This document shows, piece by piece, positions 20,310 through 29,549 of a stretch of 64,000 nucleotides of DNA (within the stretch, counting starts at the first letter, position 1; every line of letters begins with the position of its first letter). The notes under the pieces are model-generated. The model did not search any database, was not told the origin of the DNA, and saw only the letters and a program-made list of their open reading frames with translations. The DNA is from Methanobacteriota archaeon (GTDB lineage Archaea > Thermoplasmatota > Thermoplasmata > SG8-5 > JAGLSY01), in contig JAEHCO010000001.1 of the NCBI GenBank assembly GCA_020697715.1, forward strand, positions 416,001 through 480,000, given 5' to 3'. A program made the position numbers and the translations under genes.

Positions 20310-21590
20310 ATGAGGGCGAATCTCGAATCTTATGGCTGCACCCTGAACAAGGGAGAGGCTGAGGAACTGGCCGCCATGCTTGATAAAGGCGGCCATGAGG
20401 TCATACAACTTACTGATGCCTTACCATCGGGGATCGTGGACATCTCCATTATTTTCACCTGCGGCGTCATCAACACCACAGAATTACGGATGTTGAGAAG
20501 GATAGGCCAGTTGAAAGACATCTCAAAAAGCATAATGATCTGCGGATGCCTCGGAGCCATATGCGAGAGTGAGATTCTGAAGATAGCCCCGGATGCCATG
20601 ATATTTCCACCAGCCTCGAATAATGACATCCTCAGGGCGATCAATGGCAATGGCAATGCGAATATGGTCGATGATGCAAATTATATCGCCCTCGAGCCCC
20701 GAGATAATAAGATCGGCATCCTGCCCATATCCACTGGCTGCCTGGGTGATTGCACTTATTGCATCACTAGATCCGCCAGAGGCCAGCTGAAGAGCCGTGG
20801 TCTGGAAGAATTGAAGACCAGGGCATTGGACCTTATTTCCACAGATATTCGTGAGCTCCAGATCACTTCCCAAGATACGGCAGTTTATGGCATGGATATG
20901 GGACCGGAAGGCCCACGCCTACCCGATGTCATGAACATGGTATCATCGATAGATGGTGATTTCATGGCCAGGGTGGGCATGATGAACCCCAGTGCGGTCA
21001 TTGAAATTCTTCAGCCCCTCGTGAAAGCCTATGCTGAAGATAAGATATTCAAATTCATCCATCTACCTCTGCAATCAGGTAATGATGAGGTACTGGAACA
21101 CATGAACCGTCATTATTCCATATCTGATTATGTAGAAATTATCCATGCCTTGAGAGCCGCGCATTCAGATATATTCATCTCCACAGATATCATCACTGGA
21201 TTCCCTGGTGAGAAGGAGGATCAATTCCAGGACAGTATGGATCTCATATCCGCCCTGTCACCCGATATAGTGAATGTCACCCGTTTTTCCGCACGTTCGG
21301 GAACCAAGGCGGCCGTGATGCCAGATCAGGTTCCTGGTTGGATATCCAAGGAGCGCTCACGTATTATGATGGAACAGAGGTTCAGTATATCGAAGGCCAA
21401 AATGGCATCCCGTATAGGGGAAAAGATCGATGTCCTGGCCACGGAATATAAAAAGCCAGGCACCACCTTTCTAAGGTCTAGGAATTATAGGCCAGTGATC
21501 GTGGAGAAACATCTACCACTTGGCGCATGGTATGAGGTGGAGATCGTGGATAATACTGATATTCACATGATCGGCGAGCTAACCGTGTGA
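20310..21590 (+). CDS. tRNA methylthiotransferase, MiaB/MtaB-like (UPF0004 + radical SAM + TRAM)
   Basis: YGCTLN, FTC, GCL, CLGDCTYC, RVGMMNP, HLPLQSG and DIITGFPGE. Confidence 0.92.
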   Translation: MRANLESYGCTLNKGEAEELAAMLDKGGHEVIQLTDALPSGIVDISIIFTCGVINTTELRMLRRIGQLKDISKSIMICGCLGAICESEILKIAPDAMIFPPASNNDILRAINGNGNANMVDDANYIALEPRDNKIGILPISTGCLGDCTYCITRSARGQLKSRGLEELKTRALDLISTDIRELQITSQDTAVYGMDMGPEGPRLPDVMNMVSSIDGDFMARVGMMNPSAVIEILQPLVKAYAEDKIFKFIHLPLQSGNDEVLEHMNRHYSISDYVEIIHALRAAHSDIFISTDIITGFPGEKEDQFQDSMDLISALSPDIVNVTRFSARSGTKAAVMPDQVPGWISKERSRIMMEQRFSISKAKMASRIGEKIDVLATEYKKPGTTFLRSRNYRPVIVEKHLPLGAWYEVEIVDNTDIHMIGELTV

Positions 21591-21655
21591 ATCCCATAAT
21601 AATCAATATTCTGCCATTCTAAATATTTAAATAAAATCCATCCATTACGCGTCGT

Positions 21656-21985
21656 GTGAACGAGACAAAATCCTTTTTAATGACAGAGATCGAGCTTCTC
21701 CTATCTGAAAAACAAACATCTCTAGCCACACTGCGAACTGGCATCGCGGTCTTCACCCTTCCTTTCTCTGTTCTGACCATCCTCATAGCCACATCCAGTT
21801 ATTACGATGTAACCTCTGGAAAAGTGATATGGATGTTCATCGCCCTAATTGGCCTATGTGCTTGCCTGAGCTTATTTGGCGGATATCTGGTATTCCATGG
21901 ATTGTCCATGTTAAGAGCCTGCGATCAAAAGATAAGTGCGATAAAGAAACAAAGCAAGTTCATCAATAATCTGATGGTTGAGTGA
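21656..21985 (+). CDS. Two-TM membrane protein, DUF202-like
   Basis: LLSEKQTSLATLRTG resembles the LAnERTxLAwxRT motif; two TMs follow. Confidence 0.55.
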   Translation: MNETKSFLMTEIELLLSEKQTSLATLRTGIAVFTLPFSVLTILIATSSYYDVTSGKVIWMFIALIGLCACLSLFGGYLVFHGLSMLRACDQKISAIKKQSKFINNLMVE

Positions 21986-22018
21986 ACTATAGGATCGATA
22001 ATAGCCACATGGCGAACC

Positions 22019-22327
22019 TCAATGAAGTGGCCTTCGACATTTTGAGCAGATGATCTTACTTTCTTTTTTACATTTGGTACATCGACCAGCCATGAATTTC
22101 TCTTCTACCGGGGCGAAGCAACAATCTGACACAGTGTCCACGATATGCCCACAGTATTTACAAGGATGTTGTTTTGGCTTTTTCGGTGTAAGGACCTTGG
22201 TGAAAAGATAATAGCCAATATACAGTCCGATTATTACCAGACCTAGAAGTACAAGATAGGTGAAAAGGAACCCGCCTCCGTCATCTTCCCCCGGAGTGGT
22301 CTGCAGATAATACAGCAGATTGTACAC
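22019..22327 (-). CDS. Membrane-anchored zinc-ribbon protein
   Basis: One TM followed by CKYC, CC, CTKC and CSKC. Confidence 0.6.
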   Translation of the reverse strand: MYNLLYYLQTTPGEDDGGGFLFTYLVLLGLVIIGLYIGYYLFTKVLTPKKPKQHPCKYCGHIVDTVSDCCFAPVEEKFMAGRCTKCKKESKIICSKCRRPLH

Positions 22328-22477
22328 GAAATAGGGTAATCGTAATTCTCATAAAAGACTTTGGTTGGGTATAATATGAATTAACAGGGTTCGAAATCAT
22401 CATATGTATATATTTGACCAATTCAATAAGAAAACTTTAAGATGGAAAACATATTTCCACGGCACACGAGACAATAT

Positions 22478-22553
22478 ACGGGTGTGGTGTAGCCTGGTAT
22501 CACTTTAGCTTGCCAAGCTAAGAACTCGGGTTCAAATCCCGGCACCCGTACCA
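22478..22553 (+). tRNA. tRNA-Gly(GCC), CCA encoded
   Basis: ACGGGTG/CACCCGT acceptor stem, TTAGC-TTGCCAA-GCTAA anticodon arm, TCGGG-TTCAAAT-CCCGG T-arm, ACCA end. Confidence 0.95.
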
Positions 22554-22646
22554 TTCTATTCTCGTCATATTTTCATCGTACTCATAGAACGGCACTGATC
22601 TTTGTTGAGATATGCTCAATTCTTTTATTGTGATTTTAATTAATTC

Positions 22647-22718
22647 AGAATTGGGCTGGCGCGAAAAATGAGAATGAACGTCGATAAGTGCTCATTTTTC
22701 CCATCCCGGCACCCGTAC
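22647..22718 (+). repeat. Degenerate copy of the tRNA-Gly 3' half with a hairpin in place of the T-loop
   Basis: ATCCCGGCACCCGTAC (22703-22718) is identical to 22536-22551. AGAATTGGG resembles AGAACTCGGG. A GAAAAATGAG/CTCATTTTTC stem lies between them. Confidence 0.75.
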
Positions 22719-22719
22719 T

Positions 22720-23184
22720 TCATTTTTTATTTGATTCAGAATGTATCATTCCAGCATGTTCCTTCAGGATGCATCTGTCCATGATGACGATCATCCCAGC
22801 TTCTCTGGCCTTATCCGCAGCTCGATTATTGACTATACCTTCCTGCATCCAGATGACCTTGGCCCCTTTTTTTATTGCCTGATCCACTATATCTGGCACA
22901 GCGGCAGGCTTTCTGAATATGTCCACAATCTCGATATCATCCGGAATATCGAGCAAGGCGGGATAGGATGTCTCTCCAAGTATATTTTCATGCATTGGAT
23001 TGACTGGGTATATCTTGAAATCATGATCCTGCATGTACTTCGCCACTCTGTTGCTGGCTCTATCTTCCTTTGGAGATAGACCAATGACCGCGATCTTGGT
23101 GTAATTCTTCAAAACATGTAATATCTCTTCATCCGAAGGCGGTGTCAATGATATCTCGCATGCCATCTCATCTTCATGTGTCAT
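22720..23184 (-). CDS. CoA-binding protein (YccU-like)
   Basis: IAVIGLSPKEDRAS, YPVNP, IVDIFRK, WMQEGI and MDRC. Confidence 0.9.
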   Translation of the reverse strand: MTHEDEMACEISLTPPSDEEILHVLKNYTKIAVIGLSPKEDRASNRVAKYMQDHDFKIYPVNPMHENILGETSYPALLDIPDDIEIVDIFRKPAAVPDIVDQAIKKGAKVIWMQEGIVNNRAADKAREAGMIVIMDRCILKEHAGMIHSESNKK

Positions 23185-23213
23185 ATTATCAGCTCAATGA
23201 ATACCAGTGAACA

Positions 23214-23939
23214 TTAATAGATATTTCCTCTCATTATGACATTGTCCACATAAGGACTGGCCTCCAAGACCATTTCATTGAAGGCTGGTCGTTCATAAGG
23301 CTCTATGGCCGCGATATCCTCCATATATGATCCAGGCCCGACAAATTGCTGGAGAACGTATTTTCTGGCTCCCTCGATGAACTTCGCGATCTTCACCACG
23401 TCATCCACCTCCACCAGTGTTGGGACCACGGTAGTTCTGAACTCGTAATCAATACCAGACCCCATGAGTATGGATATGCTTTTTTTGATCTTGTCAATAT
23501 CGATCTCCACGCCTGAAACAGCATCATATTTACCATTCAGCTGGGTTTTGATGTCCATTGCGACATAATCTACAAGTCCCTCGTCAATAAGGATTTGTAA
23601 TAGATCTGGATCCGATCCATTTGTATCCAGTTTGATCAGGAATCCCATATCTTTGATACTGCGGAGATATTTTGGAAGTTCGGGATACAATGAAGGCTCA
23701 CCCCCAGTCATGCAAATACCGTCTATGAAATCCTTATGCGCTTCCAGGTATTTCATTACGTCCTCATGTTTCACATCTTCAAAATCATCCGGTTTCTCGA
23801 AAAGAGGCCAGTTATGGCAGTAGGGGCATCTGAAATTACAATTGGGGACGTACAGGGTTGTGACTATCTTACCATCCCAGTCCAAGAAGGATGTCTCGAT
23901 CATTTTCTTTATTGTCACTGACATATCTAATTTCTCCAT
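23214..23939 (-). CDS. nrdG: Anaerobic ribonucleotide reductase activating radical SAM protein
   Basis: SFLDWDG, CNFRCPYCHN, TGGEP, KLDTNG, AMDIK, EFRTTVVP and LQQF. Confidence 0.85.
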   Translation of the reverse strand: MEKLDMSVTIKKMIETSFLDWDGKIVTTLYVPNCNFRCPYCHNWPLFEKPDDFEDVKHEDVMKYLEAHKDFIDGICMTGGEPSLYPELPKYLRSIKDMGFLIKLDTNGSDPDLLQILIDEGLVDYVAMDIKTQLNGKYDAVSGVEIDIDKIKKSISILMGSGIDYEFRTTVVPTLVEVDDVVKIAKFIEGARKYVLQQFVGPGSYMEDIAAIEPYERPAFNEMVLEASPYVDNVIMRGNIY

Positions 23940-24284
23940 TTTGAATCTCTTGTTTCGCTCATTCAATTTCGAAATTTTGGTTATGCGAATCAAATCAACA
24001 TAACCAATCTATCTACGATCAGATATCTCGATCCCACCTATCGAATAATATATCAACTTTCCATTTGATAAGTATCTTTCGCCAAAATATACGTATCTGG
24101 ACACATAATTATTGTTAATTAATACATTCCGGCTCTGATGTTCATGGAGCATTTACTGAATTGTTAAATAAAATCATGAAATAATAGAAAATATTATAAA
24201 CACCACGGCAAAAGGTTTTTATACCCCCCCAATCTATTTACATCATCTACGTGGGCTACGTACAATATAACGGAGCGAAATAAA

Positions 24285-24719
24285 ATGGCAGTAATGACCA
24301 AGACAAAAGAGAGCGAGTTCGTCACGCTCACGGTGGATGACCTCACAAGCGCTATCAGGAACAGTATCGACAGAAGAGGCATGCCTAATGAAGAAGCACG
24401 CCACATGGCTCAGCATGTCATGAACTTCTTCGGTTACAGCGAGAGGATCATCGATAATATTTTAGAGCCAGAGGATAGAGATGCTTTCTACATGCTTGAG
24501 GATTCTGGGCTTTTGACAACAGAAAGAGAAGAGACCACTCTGTACGATGGAAGAGAGTGGCGTATTCATTACTGGCTGTTCAGGAAGGATAAAATCCTGG
24601 GTCTTGTCAAGAATGCGGAAGAAAAAACTCGTGTGGTCGAGGAAGATCTTTCTTCTGTCTATGATGATGTCCCGGATAATATTTGGGAACTCACAGAAGA
24701 GAGTGAAGAAGAAGAGTGA
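24285..24719 (+). CDS. Conserved Thermoplasmata protein, DUF6015-like
   Basis: FFGYSERIIDNILEPEDRDAFYMLEDSGLL.TEREETTLYDGREWRIHYW (family name from memory). Confidence 0.65.
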   Translation: MAVMTKTKESEFVTLTVDDLTSAIRNSIDRRGMPNEEARHMAQHVMNFFGYSERIIDNILEPEDRDAFYMLEDSGLLTTEREETTLYDGREWRIHYWLFRKDKILGLVKNAEEKTRVVEEDLSSVYDDVPDNIWELTEESEEEE

Positions 24720-25056
24720 TCTATTAATTCATGGATCATGGCTTGTGAAAATATGATAATACAGCCAAAGCTCTATCGAATATCTCTGTATTCATCATAA
24801 TATATCACATTTTCATTCCATAATATGAATTACCAGGCCAAAGGCCTGAAAGATCCAACTAATACTTTCACCCACCCTGAACTTTCACTTATATATCACA
24901 ACATCATGATGGTGATTGTCGCTGGAATTCCGTTGCCGGTGATAGAACAAACAAACGGAGGTTGAAAGAAGAGTTTCTTGATCCAGCAATGCCAGATCAA
25001 GATAATTTTGCATCAGCCCTCCCCCAAAACGGCGAACACAAAGGAGGTGAAAATAA

Positions 25057-25269
25057 ATGGCCGAATCAAAACTGATCGGATATGTTCGGAAGAGCAAAGG
25101 CGGCTGTGCTTTAAAATTAAGCATAGATGCCAAGGCGTTCTCCGAGGCTGAGCGATTCTCTACCAAAGACGGTAGGGAATATGTCCAGCTCATATCCAAT
25201 ATACCGAAGATCGAAGAGATAATATCGGGTGATCGTGAGGTCACCAGCATCTGCCAACTTGTAGAGTAG
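25057..25269 (+). CDS. Small conserved hypothetical protein (70 aa)
   Basis: Strong GGAGGTGA SD; GYVRKSKGG.ALKLSI pattern; long leader and a downstream hairpin. Confidence 0.75.
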   Translation: MAESKLIGYVRKSKGGCALKLSIDAKAFSEAERFSTKDGREYVQLISNIPKIEEIISGDREVTSICQLVE

Positions 25270-25349
25270 TTGGCCGATATCAAAAAAAGATATCGTAATC
25301 AGATGTCAATGAACATGATCATTTTGATATAATCATTTCATTTTTTACC

Positions 25350-25408
25350 GATCGGAGGACAATTAAGCCTTTTATATTTCGGGTTAAGCCTCCTCCGATC
25401 CATTTTTT
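25350..25408 (+). terminator. Hairpin with T-tract after the 70-aa ORF
   Basis: GATCGGAGGA...TCCTCCGATC followed by CATTTTTT. Confidence 0.5.
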
Positions 25409-25472
25409 ACTTGTAATATTACATCAAATCATTCCAATATTATTTTATTGGAATTCCCTATTACATTCCATT

Positions 25473-26198
25473 ATGAAGATCATTCCGGCAGTAACTATAT
25501 TGGAAGGAAAATTGGTCGAGGTCAGAGATGGCTCATATCACGCACTCAGAGGTAAAAATAATGAGATCATCGAGTTGCAGGACCTGATACTGGATCTGAA
25601 AAAGGAATATGAGGCTGTTTATATCATGGATATAGATGGCATGGAGAAGAACGAACCCAATCTGAAGGTGATACAGAACAATTCTCCATTAGCGCCCATG
25701 TGGGTGGATGCTGGCCCAGGAGACGGAATGGTAATAATGGACATCATGGTGGCAGGCGTCAGTAAGACGATAATAGGAACGAGGAACATGCAGGATCTGG
25801 ATCTGATCAAAGAGGCTCTGGACATGTCCGATAATGTCGTCCTTTCAATTGATTATGATGAAAAATTACTGTCACCAAGTCAGGACATCTCCGATATGGG
25901 CATGGAACATCTCTGTCAGAAAACAACAGAAATGGGTATAAAACAGAGCATATTCTTTGATTTTGGAAGATTGAATTCTCTTTCATCTCTCGCTCTGGAC
26001 AAGATAAAGTCAATGATATTGAAATTCGACGAGGTCTATGTCGCGGGGATCGTCTCCCCTTCGGATATAGAGAGCCTTGAAGATCTGGGTGTTTCTGGAA
26101 TAATCGCGGATCATAAATATCTCAAAGAATGGGGAATAGTGGGAGAGCCCGCTGAAGACCCAGAAGATCTGGATGATGATGAAGAATGGGATGACTGA
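25473..26198 (+). CDS. HisA/HisF-related TIM-barrel protein
   Basis: MKIIPAVTILEGKLV, YIMDIDG, WVDAG, IIGT, VLSID and VYVAG. Confidence 0.8.
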   Translation: MKIIPAVTILEGKLVEVRDGSYHALRGKNNEIIELQDLILDLKKEYEAVYIMDIDGMEKNEPNLKVIQNNSPLAPMWVDAGPGDGMVIMDIMVAGVSKTIIGTRNMQDLDLIKEALDMSDNVVLSIDYDEKLLSPSQDISDMGMEHLCQKTTEMGIKQSIFFDFGRLNSLSSLALDKIKSMILKFDEVYVAGIVSPSDIESLEDLGVSGIIADHKYLKEWGIVGEPAEDPEDLDDDEEWDD

Positions 26199-26199
26199 A

Positions 26200-26673
26200 A
26201 TGAATGATATCGAGCTTTCCATCGCTCTTCTTTACAAGAAAAAGGGCACATCGTCATTGAGTGAGAAGGACTTCGTGTTTGCGGCATCCATAGACTATCG
26301 CTGGCTCACTCCAAAAGGCGCCCAAAAACTTTTGGATGTCGGTCTGGAATCCAATCTCCTGAAGTCTGATGATGGAATGATATCACCCACCTTCGATTAT
26401 AAATCCTCGGACATACCAGCAGAATTCAAACCCACTTTGGACATGATCAGGGCCAAAGCCATACCAAAGGGAATTCTTTTCCAGATAGCGGACAAGATAT
26501 CAAAGGGAAGTGATAGGTCCACGCAGGATGTTATCGCGATCATCAACAAAAAACAAGAGGCTCTGGACATCGATATAGAGGTCGCGGCCCTTATTGTGGC
26601 AAATAGCATGAACATTGACATATCGGATATTTTGCCCGATGTGGACAAGGAGATCAAAGCCAGATACTCATGA
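26200..26673 (+). CDS. DUF2240 family protein
   Basis: LSEKDFVFAASIDYRWLTP..A..L, PTFD...IP.EFKP and EVAALIVA. Confidence 0.8.
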   Translation: MNDIELSIALLYKKKGTSSLSEKDFVFAASIDYRWLTPKGAQKLLDVGLESNLLKSDDGMISPTFDYKSSDIPAEFKPTLDMIRAKAIPKGILFQIADKISKGSDRSTQDVIAIINKKQEALDIDIEVAALIVANSMNIDISDILPDVDKEIKARYS

Positions 26674-26714
26674 AGCTCATATTTATTTGATCATATGAGT
26701 GAGAATATCAGCAT

Positions 26715-27476
26715 TTATCCAATGTATCTGAGATCTTCTTTATTTGGCTCCGGCATCTCATCCATCTCTTTCAATTTGGCTGTTACCGCGTCCATCTCTT
26801 CGGATTTTTTAGCAAGTCCATCCACATTGATATCGCGACCCAGTATCTTGGCCAGTATCTTGACTATGAACATCGCGCTGTTTGGATCAATAAAGAATCC
26901 CGATGTCTCTCCCATCAGGCAGACACCTTCCATTCCTTTCAATTCTCCCAGCCCGAGTAAGAGTCCAGAGGCTCCGACGATACCATTTCCCGGCTCGTCC
27001 TTTGAGAATATGACACCATGCCCCTTCATTTCCTCCACCATTTTGGCATTGGTGGCAGCTCCGAGTATTCTGGGCTCCTTGACAACATTGCCAATACCCC
27101 ATCCACCCAGTGTGATCACCCTCTTACCACCAAATTCTTCAAGCATGTCCAGTATGACACTGGATAATTCATACTGCCCCTCTGGTGTGAGGCCTTGATA
27201 ATCCCCAACAAGGAATATCATATCATTTTTCTCATTCTCTTTAGCTATTGAATAATAAAGCTTATTAGATACCAATCTTGCAACGCCCTCGTCATCGATG
27301 AGGACCTGTGGTGGGAAAAATTTGGAATAAATTGAGGCAAACTCAACTGCCTCAAGGGTTTCGATGATATGCTCGGCTGCTAATTTACCAACATTACCAA
27401 CGCCTGGCAACCCTTCTATCAATATTGGATCTTTTAGATCTGGCTTTTCCTTATAATCTATTATTATATTTTCCAT
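26715..27476 (-). CDS. PAC2 family proteasome assembly chaperone
   Basis: LIEGLPGVGNVGKLA, FPPQV, ITLGG, GIVGASGLLLG and CLMGET, in the conserved position after nop10. Confidence 0.92.
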   Translation of the reverse strand: MENIIIDYKEKPDLKDPILIEGLPGVGNVGKLAAEHIIETLEAVEFASIYSKFFPPQVLIDDEGVARLVSNKLYYSIAKENEKNDMIFLVGDYQGLTPEGQYELSSVILDMLEEFGGKRVITLGGWGIGNVVKEPRILGAATNAKMVEEMKGHGVIFSKDEPGNGIVGASGLLLGLGELKGMEGVCLMGETSGFFIDPNSAMFIVKILAKILGRDINVDGLAKKSEEMDAVTAKLKEMDEMPEPNKEDLRYIG

Positions 27477-27510
27477 GCTCTTCTCCTCCTGGTCTTAAGT
27501 GTATGTGATA

Positions 27511-27696
27511 TCAAGATTTCTTTTCACCAGCAGCTGCCTGGTCCATGGCCTTCAACTGTCTTCGGTATTTTCCATACCTGTCCTCTGGTGAGAACCTTGG
27601 TGGGTGTGGTGTGGATGTTTTCTCATTGCATTTCCCACAAACATCCTTAAGGGAATATTCAAGGCACGTATTACATAAAAGGATATTGGCCTTCAT
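27511..27696 (-). CDS. nop10: H/ACA RNP protein Nop10
   Basis: CxxC...CxxC and [17 protein letters not shown]. Confidence 0.95.
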   Translation of the reverse strand: MKANILLCNTCLEYSLKDVCGKCNEKTSTPHPPRFSPEDRYGKYRRQLKAMDQAAAGEKKS

Positions 27697-28472
27697 TATT
27701 TTTCCCTTCTATTGAATTTAGCAGTGCCGCCATTTTTTTCTATAGACTCGGAAGCCCTGTCAACAGCCAGCTTCATCTCGTCCTCTGCTGTTTTATAATC
27801 AATTCCCTTCACAACGATCCTGTATTTTGGAGCTCCAACGTACTGAACCTCTATCTTGACATCTTCCGAATCCTCTGCTTTGATCAATGCGGTTCTTATA
27901 TGTTCGATACCATCTGGAGCATTTGATGTCAATTCCAGAAATCCATCTATGGATATTGTCGCAGGAGTGACATTGTCTATGGCGATCTCTATGAAAGCAT
28001 CCACCCATTTTCCCTTGAACAATTTCTTGTCCAGCTTATCATTTGAGGCCGCTTCTTCAAAAGCAGTATACAAGGTTCCATAATATTCAATGAGGTCATT
28101 GGCAAATGTTTCGTGGCACCATTCCACATTCTCTCCCAGCTTTTCGCCCAGGATCTCAAGGAGCTTTTCCGCCCTTTGTTCATTCTTCCAATCCTGAATG
28201 GTCTCTCTTTTCTGGTGCTCGTTAACCTTCTTCAGTGAGATATCGATGTGACCCTTGGAGGGGTTCACCTCAAGAACTCGGCACACGACCCTCTGTCCTT
28301 CTCGGACAAAGTCGCTCATCCTTTTCACCCAGCCAGTTGCAATTTCCGTGATGTGTATGAATCCCTCTTTCTGATCATACTCTTCAAGACTGACGAATGC
28401 ACCAAAATTACGTACACTCTTGACTGTGCAAACTACTAGATCACCAGGTTCTGGATACTCACGGTTAGCCAT
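27696..28472 (-). CDS. eif2a: Translation initiation factor 2 alpha subunit
   Basis: S1 domain ([36 protein letters not shown]) and GAPKYRI. Start at MANRE. Confidence 0.96.
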   Translation of the reverse strand: MANREYPEPGDLVVCTVKSVRNFGAFVSLEEYDQKEGFIHITEIATGWVKRMSDFVREGQRVVCRVLEVNPSKGHIDISLKKVNEHQKRETIQDWKNEQRAEKLLEILGEKLGENVEWCHETFANDLIEYYGTLYTAFEEAASNDKLDKKLFKGKWVDAFIEIAIDNVTPATISIDGFLELTSNAPDGIEHIRTALIKAEDSEDVKIEVQYVGAPKYRIVVKGIDYKTAEDEMKLAVDRASESIEKNGGTAKFNRREK

Positions 28473-28663
28473 TATTCTACAACTCCGACAACTTCCCCTT
28501 TGATATCTGCTTTTCCACCAGTGGGGGTTGCTAGGGTTGAGCCACATGCCAAACAATTGACCTTTGTGGCTGGTTTAAGAAAAATAATTTGCTTATTGCT
28601 GCAGTCTTTGCATTCTACTTCTATGAACCGCGCATCTTCTGGAATTTTTTCAGACAAGATCAT
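28472..28663 (-). CDS. rps27e: 30S ribosomal protein S27e
   Basis: FIEVECKDCSNKQIIF...CLACG.TLATPTGGKA. Confidence 0.95.
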   Translation of the reverse strand: MILSEKIPEDARFIEVECKDCSNKQIIFLKPATKVNCLACGSTLATPTGGKADIKGEVVGVVE

Positions 28664-28950
28664 TCCTCCACGAACTCGAATTTCTTCGCCCTGATGGATG
28701 GTGGTTGCACATATTTCTTGCAGTCAACACACTTGTATCTGAGCCACACCCTTCTTGTTGGTTTCTCTCTACCATCTGGCTTAGGTCTTGGGAAACCACC
28801 GTAACCTGCAGTAACGCGTCTGAACTGTCTCTGACCGCGCTTCAGCTCTCCCGGTGGTCGCTTCTTCACTTTTTCCACATCGTGGACAGTGTGTTTCTTG
28901 CACTTGGGGCAATATGTGTTAATCTTTCTTGGTCTTTTCATAGCCATCAA
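28660..28950 (-). CDS. rpl44e: 50S ribosomal protein L44e
   Basis: TYCPKCKKHT, GQRQFRR, GYGG, KPTRR and C..C. Confidence 0.96.
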   Translation of the reverse strand: MMAMKRPRKINTYCPKCKKHTVHDVEKVKKRPPGELKRGQRQFRRVTAGYGGFPRPKPDGREKPTRRVWLRYKCVDCKKYVQPPSIRAKKFEFVEE

Positions 28951-29127
28951 CTTGCTCTATATTTAAACAGGTGTTTATACAGGGTTGGAAGGGGGACTAA
29001 ATATGAACCTATATAATAGTGTTTCCTACAAATATGGTATAATAGGTGTATTAAAAAGGGTTTTATACAATATCATAATACCATAGGCTACTCGACCAGG
29101 CTTGCCTGGGTGAGATATCACATGCGC

Positions 29128-29225
29128 AATCTGGACTTAGCTTAGACTGGCTGAATGATTTTCCCCTTGCGGGGTAACTCATTCTCGCACAATTCCTGTG
29201 GGATCATGCGAGGAGCGGCTGACCG
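29128..29225 (+). repeat. Degenerate copy of the tRNA-Tyr 5' half, interrupted in the D-loop by two hairpins
   Basis: CTGGACTTAGCTTAGACTGGCT (29131-29152) matches tRNA 29252-29273 with one mismatch. After a 59-nt insert, GAGCGGCTGAC (29213-29223) resumes the tRNA sequence. Confidence 0.8.
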
Positions 29226-29251
29226 AATAAAGGATTGCTCATTCGCCAAAT

Positions 29252-29371
29252 CCGGACTTAGCTTAGACTGGCTAGAGCGGCTGACTGTAGTTAAGTACCC
29301 CGGAAATGCTAAGCGCATTTCCGGTATCAGCCGATATCAGCAGATCCCCGGTTCAAATCCGGGAGTCCGGA
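29252..29371 (+). tRNA. tRNA-Tyr(GTA) with a 45-nt intron at canonical position 37/38 (29291-29335)
   Basis: CCGGACT/AGTCCGG acceptor stem (C1-G72), GCTGA-CTGTAG|A-TCAGC anticodon arm, CCCGG-TTCAAAT-CCGGG T-arm. The intron folds as CCGGAAATGC/GCATTTCCGG. Confidence 0.93.
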
Positions 29372-29393
29372 CTCTCTTTATTTTCTTATTATA

Positions 29394-29452
29394 CGGCCTC
29401 CCGGTGAGCAAGTCATCACGTCAGTGTTGACTTGGCTCCGGAGCCCGGACTC
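29394..29452 (+). repeat. Degenerate copy of the tRNA-Tyr 3' half with a hairpin in the T-loop
   Basis: CCCGGT-[GAGCAAGTCATCACGTCAGTGTTGACTTGGC]-TCCGGAGCCCGGACTC versus tRNA CCCGGT-TCAAA-TCCGGGAGTCCGGACTC. Confidence 0.7.
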
Positions 29453-29549
29453 CATTAATTACAGTAATGTATCATCTGCTCATTCTTCGCTCCCGCCTTC
29501 CAGCCCCCCGCCCCCAATTATTTTATCCCGCCCTCTCATTCCACTTCCA

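Noticed and set aside
29155-29549. 91-aa ORF and the N-terminal extension of the TatD-family ORF
   Set aside because: They overlap tRNA-Tyr and its flanking repeats. The TatD motifs start at ATG 29550.
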